Assembly (NCBI GenBank): GCA_963715985.1
Contig: CAVQSP010000017.1
Span: 160,001-224,000 of the forward strand
From: an uncultured Thermoleophilia bacterium
GTDB taxonomy: Bacteria > Actinomycetota > Thermoleophilia > UBA2241
Direction: 5' to 3'
Length of the DNA: 64,000 bases
Shown one piece after another: positions 10,197 through 20,725 of the stretch (the stretch's first letter is position 1; each line of letters begins with the position of its first letter). A program made the position numbers and the translations under genes. Under the pieces are notes generated by a model, which worked only from the letters and a program-made list of their open reading frames with translations, searched no databases and had not been told where the DNA came from.

Positions 10197-10972
10197 CCCA
10201 CGTGCTCGCCGATACCTACTTCATGACCCAGCGGCACTTCCGCAACCTGCTGAGGCAGCCGGCCTGGATCTTCATCTCGCTGGTGCAGCCCGTCGTCTGG
10301 CTGCTCCTCTACGGCGCTCTGTTCCGCAAGATCGTCGAGATCCCCGGCTTCGGCGCCGGGAGCTACATCGACTTCCTCACGCCGGGCATCGTCGTGATGA
10401 CCTGTCTCTTCAGCGCGGGTTGGAGCGGCATGGACCTCATCGAGGACATCGACCGCGGCGTGATCGACCGCTTCCTCGTGAGCCCGGCCAGCCGCAGCTC
10501 ACTCATCGCCGGGCAGGCTCGTCCAGGGCGCCCTGGTCGGGGATCATCCAGTCGGTCATCATCGTCGTGCTCGGCCTGATCGTGGGCGCCGAGTATCCCG
10601 GTGGGCGTCGCCGGCATCGCCGCGCTCACCATCTGCGCGGTGCTCCTCGGCACGGGCGTCGGCGCCCTGAGCAACGCCATCGGCGTGCTGTCGCGACGCG
10701 TCGAGACCATGGTGGCGGTCAGCAACTTCGTGCTGCTGCCGCTCACGTTCCTGAGCTCGGTGTTCATGGCCCGGGCGCTCATGCCGGGCTGGATGCAGAG
10801 CGTCGCGACCTACAACCCCGTGGAGTGGGCGGTCAACGCGGGCCGCGAGGGCCTCGCCTCGAGCCCAGACTGGAGCGTCGTGCTGAGCCGGATGGGCTAC
10901 CTGGCGCTCTTCACGGTCGTGTGCACGTGGCTCGCAACGCGCGCCTTCCGCGTGTACCAGCGTTCGATCTGA
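10193..10972 (+). CDS. ABC-2 type permease (DrrB-like), frameshifted near 10530-10600
   Basis: ATGA overlap with the ATPase; LVQPVVWLLLYG, YIDFLTPG, NPVEWAV in two ORFs. Confidence 0.85.
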
Positions 10973-11052
10973 TCGCGAGGGCGGGCGGCAGTCGGGCGGG
11001 CGGGCGGCAGTCGGGCGGGCGACCGCTGGGGAAGCCGCCCCTTCGCGCGTTC

Positions 11053-11439
11053 TCAGCGGAAGTACTCCCGGTACGCCGTGAGGGCGTAGAGGATCAGGAA
11101 GTACAGCACGAACATGATGATGCCCCACCACGGCAGCGCCAGGAAGCCGACGAACCAGATGATGAGGCCGGCGATGCCGAACGCCAGTCCCCAGGCGCGG
11201 GCCGTGCGCGAGCGGCGCAAGACGAAGATGCCGATGATGACCTGGGCCACGGCCAGCACGAACCAGATGTAGGCCCACACCGTGAGGTGCTGGAGCAGCG
11301 TCTGCTCGGCGCGGAAGATCTCGTCGCGGCTCAGCGCGGCGATGCCGGCGATGAGGTTGAAGGCACCGGCGATGATGAAGAAGATGCCTGCGAACTCGAC
11401 CCAGCCCTTGCCCTCGCCGTGTTCGTGTGCGCGCGACAT
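11053..11439 (-). CDS. 4-TM integral membrane protein (DUF7144-like)
   Basis: GWVEFAGIFFIIAGAFNLIAGIAAL...W...AR..G...P.W pattern. Confidence 0.75.
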   Translation of the reverse strand: MSRAHEHGEGKGWVEFAGIFFIIAGAFNLIAGIAALSRDEIFRAEQTLLQHLTVWAYIWFVLAVAQVIIGIFVLRRSRTARAWGLAFGIAGLIIWFVGFLALPWWGIIMFVLYFLILYALTAYREYFR

Positions 11440-11516
11440 ACAAGCTCCTTCTGGTCAGGTCCCGGGTCGGGCGGGATCGTACCGCATCGAGTGCGGCCCA
11501 GGACTGCGCTCAGGCT

Positions 11517-13314
11517 TCACTCCACCCCACGCCGGTGGGCGCCGGGCAGCCACCAGGCCGGCTCGTTGACCTCCGTCTCGGGCACGTCGCCGAGGTCGTC
11601 GCTGGGCGGCCCCGAGACACCGGTCTCTTCCTTGTACGCCTTGATGACGTCGTCCGTGTCTCCGAAGATGTGCTCCGGCCCGATCAGCCTGACGAGACCG
11701 TCGCGTTCCAGCTCGAGGCGCACCGGTGCCTGCACATCACAGGCCACGAACGTGATGCCGCGTTCCTGCATCGCCTTGATGACGCGCTCCAGGACCTCGA
11801 GTGGCGGTGAAGTCGATGTCGTTGACCGCCTCCATGGCGAGGCAGAACCAGCGGATGGGGTCGGGGGCGCCGCGCGCCAGGTCCTGGACCTCCTCCACGA
11901 AGCGGGCCGCATTTGCGTAGTACAGGCTGGCGCCGAAGCGGTAGATGACGAGGCCCGTGCGCGCCTGCGCAGCGCTGTCCAGGGGCAGGCTCTTCCACAC
12001 CTTGCCCTCGAAGCGCACGAGCAGGCGGTCCCACGGCCGGTAGCTGTGACGCAGATGAGCGATGATCGACAGGGCGATGGCGAGCAGGATGCCCTGCTGC
12101 ACGCCCGCCAGCACGACCGTCAACATGGTGCCGACCGCCACCCAGAACTCCACAGGCCGCTGTCGCCAGACCAGGCGCATCCCCTTGATGTCGATGAGCT
12201 TGACGCCGATCAGGAAGACCACGGCGGCGAGCACGGCCTCAGGCATGAAGCTCAGTGCCTTCGTGGCGAACAGCAACACGATGAGGGCGATGGCGGCGGT
12301 GGTCAGCTGCGAGAGCTGGCTGCGGCCCCCGGCGTCGTCCACCATGGCCGTCTTGGTCGGGCTGCCGTTGACCACGTAGGTACCGGTGAGGCCGGCGCCG
12401 AGGTTGGCGATGCCCAGGCCCACCAGGTCCACGTTCTCGTCGAAGGAGTCGCCGAACTTGGCGGCGTATGCGCGCGACGTGGCGGCGCTCTGCGCGAGGA
12501 TGACGATGAAGACGGAGACGGCAGCTCCGAGGAGCTTGGGGAGGTCGGCGGCGGGGACGCTCGGCCACGCCACGCCCGGCAGGCCGCTGGGGATCGGCCC
12601 CAGGGTGAGCACGCCGTGTGCGGAGAGCGAGAACACGGCGCTGACGACCGTCGCCCCGACCACGGCGATGAGCGCCCACGGCGCCTTGCGGACCAGGCGG
12701 TCGCCGAGCAGCACGACCAGCAGCACGACGACGGAGATGAGCACCGCCGCGGGGCTGGTGTGGCCGAGGTCCCTGGCCCAGCTGTAGACGCGCTCGGCAG
12801 TGTCGTTGCCGGTCCTCTGGTAGCCGAACATCCCGGCCAGCTGGCCGACGGCCACCTGGATGCCGACGCCGGTGAGGAAGCCGATGAGCACGGTGCGCGA
12901 GAGGAAGTTGGCGAGAAAGCCGAGGCGCAGGACGCGCGCCAGAAGCAGCATCGCCGCGGCCATGAGGGCGAGCATGCCGGCGAGCGCCACGTACTCGGGA
13001 GAAGCGGTGGCGGCCAGGGGCGTGAGCGCGGCGAACGTGATGGCCGCCGTCGCCGAGTCGGCGCCCACGACGAGGTGGCGCGACGAGCCCAGGACGGCGA
13101 AGGCCACGGCGGGGATGAGGAGCGTGTAGATGCCGGTGATCACCGGCATACCGGCGATCCTCGAGTAGCCGAGGACCTCGGGGATCGCCAGGGCGGCGAG
13201 CGTGGCGCCGGCGATCATGTCGGGCGCCACGCGGCCCTTGCCGATGGGCAGCAGGCCCTCGAAAAGGGGGATCGGGAAGTGGGGCCGCCCCTTCTCGACG
13301 GGAGTCGCGGCCAT
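11517..13314 (-). CDS. SulP/SLC26 anion transporter with STAS domain (frameshift near 11800)
   Basis: DMIAGATLAALAIPEVLGYS, GSSRHLVVGADS, NGSPTKT, YRFGASLYYANA, IDFTA. Confidence 0.9.
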
Positions 13315-13318
13315 CAGC

Positions 13319-13990
13319 TCACAGCCCTCCGATGCCCTTTCCCAGAAGGACCACTCCAAAGACCATGAAGAGCACCATCATCACCGTCGCGTTGTTGTCG
13401 GCCAGCCACGTCTTCCACCCCGTGAGCACGCGATCGGCGGTGTCGTGCATGGTGAGGTAGACGACGACCGGCGCGGCGACCCCGATGCTGCCCACGAGCA
13501 CGAGCACCATGAGCACGACGGCCTGCTGAGCGCCGGCGAGCGCGGACTGCGCGATGCCCGCCGCCGCCGACACGTTGAGGACGAGGTTCTTGGGGTTCAC
13601 CCCCGAGAGGAGGGCGCCCACGGCCAGCGCCCGTTGTGGCGTGAACTTGTCCAGGGAGCGCATCCAGCCCGGCACGGCGGGGTGCTCGCCCACCTGCGGC
13701 CGCTTCTTCCACTGGCGCCACGCGGCTCCGAGCAGCACGATGCCGAGCACCAGCTTGATGACGCTGACCGTCGTCGATGCCCCGTCCGAGGTCGAGACGC
13801 CGGCCACGTTGGCGACGATGAGGACGATCGTGCCCACGACGGCGAGACCCAGGATCCAGCCGCCGAGAAAGGCCAAGCCGTTGCGGCGTGCGTCGGGCGT
13901 GAGCAGCATGAGGATGATGGCGATGATCGGGATGGGGCTGATCGCGATGCCGATCGCGAACGGCAGCACCTCGCCGATAGCCTGTCCCAC
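13319..13990 (-). CDS. GAP/Sap (SfLAP) family lipid-addressing membrane protein
   Basis: LPFAIGIAISPIPIIA.IL.L, AFL.GW, P.WM, NPKNL, W...NN..VM. Confidence 0.85.
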   Translation of the reverse strand: MGQAIGEVLPFAIGIAISPIPIIAIILMLLTPDARRNGLAFLGGWILGLAVVGTIVLIVANVAGVSTSDGASTTVSVIKLVLGIVLLGAAWRQWKKRPQVGEHPAVPGWMRSLDKFTPQRALAVGALLSGVNPKNLVLNVSAAAGIAQSALAGAQQAVVLMVLVLVGSIGVAAPVVVYLTMHDTADRVLTGWKTWLADNNATVMMVLFMVFGVVLLGKGIGGL

Positions 13991-14053
13991 GTCTCCTCCC
14001 CCGAGGTCGCCGACGTCGGTAAGTGTACTCTCGGCCGCCTCGCGTCTGGTAGA

Positions 14054-14069
14054 GTGACCGCGCGGTCAC
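14054..14069. promoter_or_regulatory. palindromic operator GTGACC-GCGC-GGTCAC (cluster motif copy 1)
   Basis: perfect palindrome in a divergent intergenic region, 63 nt upstream of the GAP start. Confidence 0.65.
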
Positions 14070-14225
14070 CCCGGCGGCCCGCCGGTCGTCACCCTCCCCA
14101 CGGTCTCAGACGACAGGTCCCGTGATTCGTCGTCCCGCCTGGTGGGCATCACGCTCAAAGGAAGACGCGGGGCAGCCGCACCGGGACCCGCGCGGTCCGG
14201 AACGCAAACAAGAGAGGGAGTGCAG

Positions 14226-14738
14226 ATGAGTGAACTGATGATCCTCGGCTTCGAGAACGAGACGGAGGCGGACCGCTTCGGCCTCAAGCTCGCGGAGCTG
14301 CAGAAAGAGATGATCGTGCAGCTGCAGGACGCTGCCGAAGTGGTCCGCGACCCCGACGGCAAGCCGCACGTCAAGCACGACACCCACCTCGTGGGCGCGG
14401 GCGCCCTGGGCGGCGCCTTCTGGGGCATGCTGTTCGGCCTGCTCTTCTTCATGCCGTTCCTGGGTCTGGCCATCGGCGCCGGCATGGGCGCCCTCTTCGG
14501 CAAGCTCGGCAAGACCGGCATCGACCAGCAGGTGCTCCAGCAGATGGGCGATGCGGTGCCGCCGGGCAAGGCCGGCTGGTACCTGCTCATCGGCCAGATG
14601 ACCGAGGACAAGTTCCTCGAGGAGGTCAAGGGGACCGGCGCGACGCTCGTGCGTTCCAACCTCACGGCCGAGCAGGAGGAGCAGCTCAAGCACGCCTTCG
14701 GCGCCAAGAAGCACCAGAAGGAAGCTCCGGCTGCCTGA
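14226..14738 (+). CDS. DUF1269-family protein
   Basis: MSELMILGF, LQDAAEV.RDPDGK, GALGGAFWGMLFGLLFF.P..G.A.GAG.GAL.GKL..GID, L.RSNL. Confidence 0.88.
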   Translation: MSELMILGFENETEADRFGLKLAELQKEMIVQLQDAAEVVRDPDGKPHVKHDTHLVGAGALGGAFWGMLFGLLFFMPFLGLAIGAGMGALFGKLGKTGIDQQVLQQMGDAVPPGKAGWYLLIGQMTEDKFLEEVKGTGATLVRSNLTAEQEEQLKHAFGAKKHQKEAPAA

Positions 14739-14775
14739 GTACACCTGAGGGAAGCTCAAGCTTCCTGACCAGCGT

Positions 14776-14809
14776 CGCGACGGGGCGGCCCTTGGGCCGC
14801 CCCGTCGCG
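14776..14809. terminator. GC-rich hairpin between convergent genes
   Basis: cgcgacggggcggccc-tt-gggccgccccgtcgcg. Confidence 0.75.
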
Positions 14810-14828
14810 TTCTCCGTTCACGACCGGC

Positions 14829-16247
14829 TCAGCTGCCCTCGCACCCGGTGCCGCGCTCACGCTTGAACGTGGCGTGCGCCTCGCAGTTCATGCGCACGTT
14901 GTTACGGTAGGCGAGATTGCTGACCAGGCTTCTGAGGGGCTGGCGGCGGTGCCAGAAGTCGCCCCCGACCCGCTGCGCGATCCGGGGCCACGAGTAGAAG
15001 CTCCGGGCACAGGTGTCCATCTCGTCGATGATCTCGGCCGTCGACAGGCGCGCGTAGCGGGCGACCGGGAACCCCAGGGTGTAATGACTCCAGTCCTCTG
15101 GGAAGCGATCCAGGAGGATGCGGTCCGCCGCCTCCATCTGGTCCCACAGGCGGGTACCGGGGAGGGGGGTGAGGAAGAGCGCGTTGAGGTTGTCCACTCC
15201 GTACCCGCGGGCGGCCTCGGCGACACGCGTGCCGATGCCCGGGCCGTCGATGTCCAGACCAAGGACGAACGAGCCGACCACGAGGATCTTGTGCCGCTGG
15301 ATGCGCCGCACGGAGGCGCGGAAGTCGCGGTCGCCGCGAAGGTTGAACTTCTTGCCGACCTCCCCGAGCCCTTCCGGCGCGGAGGACTCGAAGCCGATGA
15401 AGACACCCCGGCAGCCGGCCCGCCAGGCCAGCGTCATGAGCTCCTCGTCGTCGGCGAAGTTGATGGTGACCTGGGCGATCCATTGCTTGCGCAGATCCGC
15501 CGCCGCCATGGCGCGGAACAGGTCTTTGGCGCGCGCCACGTGCTCGGGCCGCGTGCCGATCAGATTGTCGTCCACCACGAGAAGGCGCTTCTCGCGGATC
15601 AGGCCGAGCTCCCTTACCACGTCCGCGATCGGTCGCTGCCGGTACTGCGCACCGTTGACCGCCGTCACGCTGCAGAAGCTGCAGCTGAGAGGGCAGCCAC
15701 GAGTAGTCTGGATGGCGCCGAGGAGGTAGCCGTTCGGCAGGAGATCGTGACGTGCAAGTGGGACGCGGTCCAGGTCGCAGCGCCCCCCGTCATAGCGATG
15801 CTCCAGCGCGCCCCGTCGCGCGTCGTCGAGCACCCGCGGCCAGATGCCCTCGGCCTCCCCCGTCACGACCGCGTCCACGCGCTCCATGACCTCCTCCGGG
15901 CGCGTGGAGGCGTGGATGCCGCCCATCACGACGGGGACACCGAGGCGGCGGAAGTGGGCGGCCACCTCGTAGGCACGGTTGGCCTGTGAGGCGAACGCGG
16001 TGATGCCCACAAGGTCCGGCCGCGAGAGGGCCGCGTAGTCGGGTCTGCCGAGGTTCTCGTCCACGATCGAGACGGCCCACTCCGGCGAGGTCGCGCCCGC
16101 GATCGTCATCAGCCCCAGGGGCTTCCACACCCGGTACCGGTTCCAGCGGTTGTCCTTGATGCGGACGGTGCTGACCAGCGGGTTGCAGGGATTGATCAGA
16201 CACAGTCGCAGGGCGGCCCCCCTGCGCTCGTCGCTGGAATCGTGCAC
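14829..16247 (-). CDS. B12-binding domain radical SAM protein
   Basis: PLGL, DLVGIT, VVMGGIHA, GEAE, TRGCPLSCSFC (CxxxCxxC), IGFES, TPLPGT; start uncertain. Confidence 0.88.
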   Translation of the reverse strand: MHDSSDERRGAALRLCLINPCNPLVSTVRIKDNRWNRYRVWKPLGLMTIAGATSPEWAVSIVDENLGRPDYAALSRPDLVGITAFASQANRAYEVAAHFRRLGVPVVMGGIHASTRPEEVMERVDAVVTGEAEGIWPRVLDDARRGALEHRYDGGRCDLDRVPLARHDLLPNGYLLGAIQTTRGCPLSCSFCSVTAVNGAQYRQRPIADVVRELGLIREKRLLVVDDNLIGTRPEHVARAKDLFRAMAAADLRKQWIAQVTINFADDEELMTLAWRAGCRGVFIGFESSAPEGLGEVGKKFNLRGDRDFRASVRRIQRHKILVVGSFVLGLDIDGPGIGTRVAEAARGYGVDNLNALFLTPLPGTRLWDQMEAADRILLDRFPEDWSHYTLGFPVARYARLSTAEIIDEMDTCARSFYSWPRIAQRVGGDFWHRRQPLRSLVSNLAYRNNVRMNCEAHATFKRERGTGCEGS

Positions 16248-16369
16248 GCTGCCCTCTCTGACACGGTGTGAGCGCTGCCTTCTCGGCGGCGAGACCTTCC
16301 CGCCCGGGCGCACACGTGGAATCGTACCAGAGCTCGACGGGGCGAGCAGCGCTTCGCGCGCGAGCCGGG

Positions 16370-17614
16370 TCACGCGCCGAGTGCGCCCTCGCCGCCTCCC
16401 GGCGGGCCGGCTCCGGCGGCGTGCGGATGTGCGCTCGCGGCGAGGCCGGTCCTTTGTGCGCCGCCCTCTGCGGCGCCGCGCGAGAACAGCCCGGCCGCCT
16501 TCATCTTGAGGCGCGCGTCAAGGAAGATCTTGAGGAACGGCGCCGCGAACACGCCGCCCACGGCCCCGAACAGCATGCTGCCCGCCGTGGTCGCGAAGAG
16601 GACGGCGAGGGGGTGCAGCTTGAGCGCCGACCCGAGGGCGAACTGCGAGACCACGGTCTGCAGGTAGCCGTTCGAGATGATGACGATGATCAGCATCGGG
16701 ACGGCCATGGAGGGCCCGCCCGCGCCCCACGCGATGAGGACGGCGAACGCCCCGCTGATGATCGCCCCGAAGAACGGGATGTAGTTGGTGAACCAGCCGA
16801 CGATGCCGATGGTCGCGGCCAGCGGCACGCCGATGATGAGCGCCCCGACGAACATGACGCCGCCGTTGAACAGACCGACGAGCGTGCTCCCGTAGATGTA
16901 GCCGCGGAAGAAGCGCGCGCTGCTCGCGAGGATGTCGTAGGCCACCGGTGGCGGGACGGGACCCATCCTCTTGGACGCCCACCTGCCCAGCTGCCGCCCC
17001 TGGATGAGGACCCACACGAGGATGTTGAGGCTGATGAAGACGCCGAAGATGAGGCCCGCGACGTTGCCGACTACGTTCGTGAGCGTGCCGGCCAGACCGC
17101 CGGCTGCGCTCTTGGCCAGCGACTGGACGCTGGATTTGACCGCGTCGATCTGCGACTGCGACATGCTCGTGCTCTTGAGCCAGGACTGGATGTCGGCCCA
17201 GGCTGCGTCGAGCTTGGTCTCGATGGTCGGCACCTGCTTGACGACGCTGTAGACGATGATGAGGCCGAGGCCTATCGCGAGCAGCACGAGGAAGATGGCG
17301 ACGAGCATCGCCGCCAGGCCGCGCTTCACGTGGTGCCTGGAGAGCCAATCCACGACCGGCAGGAACGTGCCGCCGAACAGCACCGCGAACAACGCCGCGA
17401 GGACCAGCACCTTGGTCGCGGCGACTACGAAGAAGAGCAGGACGATGACGACGGCGCAGAGCACGATGACACCGCTCCAGCGGCCGATGTCGCTCGCCCA
17501 GAGTGGGACGGCGAAGGCGCGGGCCCCGTCGCCATCGCTCGGTGAGCGCGGTGCGGGTGCGGTCACGGCCGGCCCGGCCGCGGGCTCTTCAGTGGTCAAG
17601 CGCTCCCCCTTCAT
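16370..17614 (-). CDS. AI-2E (PerM) family transporter
   Basis: multi-TM; YIPFFGA, LHPLAVL...GG.FAAP. Confidence 0.87.
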   Translation of the reverse strand: MKGERLTTEEPAAGPAVTAPAPRSPSDGDGARAFAVPLWASDIGRWSGVIVLCAVVIVLLFFVVAATKVLVLAALFAVLFGGTFLPVVDWLSRHHVKRGLAAMLVAIFLVLLAIGLGLIIVYSVVKQVPTIETKLDAAWADIQSWLKSTSMSQSQIDAVKSSVQSLAKSAAGGLAGTLTNVVGNVAGLIFGVFISLNILVWVLIQGRQLGRWASKRMGPVPPPVAYDILASSARFFRGYIYGSTLVGLFNGGVMFVGALIIGVPLAATIGIVGWFTNYIPFFGAIISGAFAVLIAWGAGGPSMAVPMLIIVIISNGYLQTVVSQFALGSALKLHPLAVLFATTAGSMLFGAVGGVFAAPFLKIFLDARLKMKAAGLFSRGAAEGGAQRTGLAASAHPHAAGAGPPGGGEGALGA

Positions 17615-17684
17615 CGGCTGCGCCCCTTCGAGCAGTGCGGGTCATGGTAGTCCTCCGGGGGCCGAGAAGCGACGGGCGGCGTGC

Positions 17685-19460
17685 TCACGCGCGTGTCGCA
17701 CCGCCCGTCGCCGGCAGAGGCCCGAGCTCCCGCACCGCCGTGACCGCGGCCTTGAGCGTGGGGTAGAAGTGGTCGCGGTCGAGGGTCTCGTAGAGCCCGT
17801 AGCGCAGCACACGGTCCTGGAGCCGGCTCCGCAGCTCGGCGAATGCAACGTGGGTCCCGGCGGCGTTGAGCTCGTTGTCCAGCTGCTCGAGCATCTCGGC
17901 CGCCGTCACGTCGATGTCGGTGACGGCCTCGCACTGGAGCACGACCCAGGCCGGCTTGCGTTCTCCCGCGCGAGGCGCCGGACCTGCTGGCGGAACATGC
18001 CGGCGTTGGCGAAGAAGAGGGGCGCCTCCCAGCGGTACACGACGATCTCGGGCAGCTGGCGGGCGTCCGGGTACGTGTCCAGGCTGTGCCAGCCCGGCAC
18101 GTCCTCGACCTCGCCGAGCACGGCGCCGTGGGGCCACCAGCTGCGGCGGAAGAACAGGAAGATGGCGAGGATGACGGCGATGGCGATCCCCCACAACACG
18201 CCGAACAGCACGACCCCGGCAGTGGCCACCAGCGAGAGCGCGAACGCGCTCTTGCGCACGCGCCAGTAGCGGCGCAGGATGCCGAAGTCCATCAGCGAGA
18301 GGGCGGCGACGATGACCACGGCGGCCAGCGTGGTCTGCGGGAGGTCGGCCAGCAGCCCGTTGAGGAACAGCAGGAGCAGCCCGACCAGGCCGGCGCCCAC
18401 GAGGCCGGTGACCTGGCTCTTGGCGCCCGACTGCTCGGCCACCGCGGTGCGCGAGCCGCTCGTCGACACGGCGAAGCCCTGGAAGAACCCGGCGGCGATG
18501 TTGGCGGCGCCCATGCCGATCATCTCCTGGTCGGGGTCGACCTCGTCGCCGCGCCGTGCGGCGAAGCTCGTCGACGTGGCGATGGTGTCGGTGAGGGACA
18601 CGAGCGTGATGCCCACGGCGGCGATGAGCAGCGGCCCTACGTCGCTGAGGCTCGTCCAGGGGAAGGACGGCGTGGGCACGCCCTGGGGCAGCGCGCCCAC
18701 ACGTCTTGACGCCCATCTCGGCGAGCCCGACCACGGCCGACACGATGGTGGCCCCGACGACGGCCACCAGCACCGCGGGCACGCGGCGCGTGAGCCGCGG
18801 CAGTGCGAGCAGCACGGCGAGGCAGGCGACGCCGACGGCCAGCGTCGTCGCGTCGGTCTTGTCGAGGCCCTCGACGAAAGCTCGCACTTCTTCGATGAAG
18901 GTGTCGGCGTCGGTCGAGAAGCCGAACAGCTTCGGCAGCTGGCCGACGATGATGGTGATGCCGAGGCCGTTCATGTAGCCGACCTGGACCTCCTTGGAGA
19001 GCAGGTCGGCGACGAACCCGAGCTTGCCGAGCCCCATGCCGATCTCGATGAGGCCGACGAACAGGGCCAGCATCCCGGCGAGGGCGATGGCGCTCGCCGG
19101 GTCGTCCGCCACCAGCAGCGGCACGATGGCCGCGAAGATCAGCGGCGAGACCGACGAGTCGGGCCCAAGGACGAGCACGCGTGACGGGCCGAAGATGGCG
19201 TAAGCCACCAGACAGGCGATGGTCGTGTAGAGGCCGGTGACCGCAGGCAGACCGGCCAGCTCGGCGTACGCCATCCCCTGCGGGACGAGGATGGCGGCCA
19301 GCACGACGCCGGCCACGAGGTCGGCGCGCAGCCAGCGGCGCTCGTAGGTGCGCACCACGCGCACCCCGGGCACCCAGCGCTCAAGATGCCTGGCCTTGGC
19401 CGGGGTCATCTCACCGTCCGGGGAGGCCGGGACGCTCGCGTCGCCGGCGTCGTGCGTCAC
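17685..19460 (-). CDS. second SulP/SLC26 transporter with STAS domain (frameshifts near 18700 and 17965)
   Basis: DLVAGVVLAAILVPQGMAYA, GPDSS, STSGSRT, YRWEAPLFFANA, IDVTAAEML. Confidence 0.9.
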   Translation of the reverse strand: MTHDAGDASVPASPDGEMTPAKARHLERWVPGVRVVRTYERRWLRADLVAGVVLAAILVPQGMAYAELAGLPAVTGLYTTIACLVAYAIFGPSRVLVLGPDSSVSPLIFAAIVPLLVADDPASAIALAGMLALFVGLIEIGMGLGKLGFVADLLSKEVQVGYMNGLGITIIVGQLPKLFGFSTDADTFIEEVRAFVEGLDKTDATTLAVGVACLAVLLALPRLTRRVPAVLVAVVGATIVSAVVGLAEMGVKTCGRAAPGRAHAVLPLDEPQRRRAAAHRRRGHHARVPHRHHRHVDELRRTARRRGRPRPGDDRHGRRQHRRRVLPGLRRVDERLAHRGGRAVGRQEPGHRPRGRRPGRAAPAVPQRAAGRPPADHAGRRGHRRRPLADGLRHPAPLLARAQERVRALAGGHCRGRAVRRVVGDRHRRHPRHLPVLPPQLVAPRRRARRGRGRAGLAQPGHVPGRPPAARDRRVPLGGAPLLRQRRHVPPAGPAPRAGERKPAWVVLQCEAVTDIDVTAAEMLEQLDNELNAAGTHVAFAELRSRLQDRVLRYGLYETLDRDHFYPTLKAAVTAVRELGPLPATGGATRA

Positions 19461-19948
19461 GGCGCCGGCTTCTGCCCTGTCAGCGCCTCGAGCTGCGCCT
19501 CCATCGTCGCTGTGCGCTCCAACAGCTGCTGCAGCATCGCCTGCGTCTCCGCCTCGCGTGCGGCCCGCGCCGCCGTGGCCTCGGCGGTGCGCTCATCCTG
19601 GTCGGCGGACACGAACATGGAGGTCACAGTCGCCGTGAAGAAGGAGAGAAAGGTCACGCCGACCACGATGACCACGGAGCCCACCACGCGGCCCCACGCG
19701 GTGTGCGGCACGATGTCGCCGTAGCCCACGGTGGCCAGCGTGACGATCGCCCACCAGATGCCGTCGCCCACCGTTTGGAAGTCCTGGTGGTCGATGATCG
19801 TCACGAGGACCCCGGCGCTGACGCCGATGATCAGTGTCGCGCCGGCGAGATAGCCGAACACGCGCCGGCTGGCGACGGCCTTACCCGACCGGCGCCGGAT
19901 ACGGCCTTCCACACCTTCTTTGCGTCTGCCTCGCCGCTCGTCGCTCAT
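19457..19948 (-). CDS. 2-TM KcsA-like potassium channel
   Basis: WWAIVTLATVGYGDIVP filter; C-terminal coiled coil. Confidence 0.9.
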   Translation of the reverse strand: MSDERRGRRKEGVEGRIRRRSGKAVASRRVFGYLAGATLIIGVSAGVLVTIIDHQDFQTVGDGIWWAIVTLATVGYGDIVPHTAWGRVVGSVVIVVGVTFLSFFTATVTSMFVSADQDERTAEATAARAAREAETQAMLQQLLERTATMEAQLEALTGQKPAP

Positions 19949-20000
19949 CTGGTCGTCCTTTGTCCGCGGTCAAGAGGGGTGTCGGGGGCGCGCCGCCGTT

Positions 20001-20678
20001 CTACGTGAACACGTTGACGGCGCGCGCGACCACGAGCCCCAGGAGGGCGAGCGAGATCGACGACTGGGCCATCATGGCGAGCTTGTTCCAGGCACGCAGC
20101 GGCATCGCGTCCGTGGGGCTGAAGGCGGTGGCGCTGGTGAAGCCGAGATAGAGGTAGTCGATGAATCGCGGCCGCCAATCCGCGGGCGCGAGCTCCGGGT
20201 TGAGCTGTTGAGGAAAGGCGAAGTCGGGGTGGGCCGGCAGCCCATGGGCGCGCATCGCCGCGCCGCCGCAGTCGAGCTCCCAGTAGAGCAGACCGAACGA
20301 CAGGCAGTTGGAGATCCAGACGATGCCACCGGCGGCCAGCAGCGTCGCCGCCGAATCGGTGGCCTGCCCCCCGACGATCAGCTGCGCGATCAGCACGCCC
20401 GTGCACCACAGCGTCGTGGCGACGAGCAGCGCGATGAGGGTGATGGAGAGCGCGCGCACCGGGCGCGAGCGCCGGTCGATCTTGCCCGGGTCTCCGATGA
20501 TGACGGCCACGAGCAGGAGAGCCTCGACGATCGGCACTCCCCAGCGCGGCCGCACGACGAGGCTGTTGGGCAGCAGGATCGTCAGCGCGATGATGGCCAC
20601 GACGGCCACGGCCATGGGCCAGCGCGCCTCGCCGACCACGCGCTGCTCGTGTGACTGTGACGGTATCGCCCCGGCCAT
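20001..20678 (-). CDS. DUF1345-family membrane protein
   Basis: EARWP, YWELD.GG..R, DFAFPQ, WRP.F.DYLYLGFT..TAFSPTD.MPL. Confidence 0.85.
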   Translation of the reverse strand: MAGAIPSQSHEQRVVGEARWPMAVAVVAIIALTILLPNSLVVRPRWGVPIVEALLLVAVIIGDPGKIDRRSRPVRALSITLIALLVATTLWCTGVLIAQLIVGGQATDSAATLLAAGGIVWISNCLSFGLLYWELDCGGAAMRAHGLPAHPDFAFPQQLNPELAPADWRPRFIDYLYLGFTSATAFSPTDAMPLRAWNKLAMMAQSSISLALLGLVVARAVNVFT

Positions 20679-20725
20679 GGTCCGCCCCCGCTGCCTCTTG
20701 CCCGTCGCGCCGTCCTGTCAGTATC

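Noticed and set aside
10975-11050. island attachment site
   Set aside because: Only a 19-bp GC tandem duplication; no matching repeat near 47.9 kb and no tRNA or integrase.
11780-11830. programmed frameshifting in SulP and other split genes
   Set aside because: No slippery heptamers, and indels affect many unrelated families, so sequencing error is more parsimonious.
10420-13368. very long alternative ORFs (also 2801-5557, 35834-38203, 54139-56850, 61485-63869)
   Set aside because: They are antisense or off-frame shadows of recognisable genes in high-GC DNA and carry no motifs.
14829-16247. radical SAM as an anaerobic sulfatase maturase
   Set aside because: It has an N-terminal B12-binding domain and lacks a Cys-rich SPASM domain.
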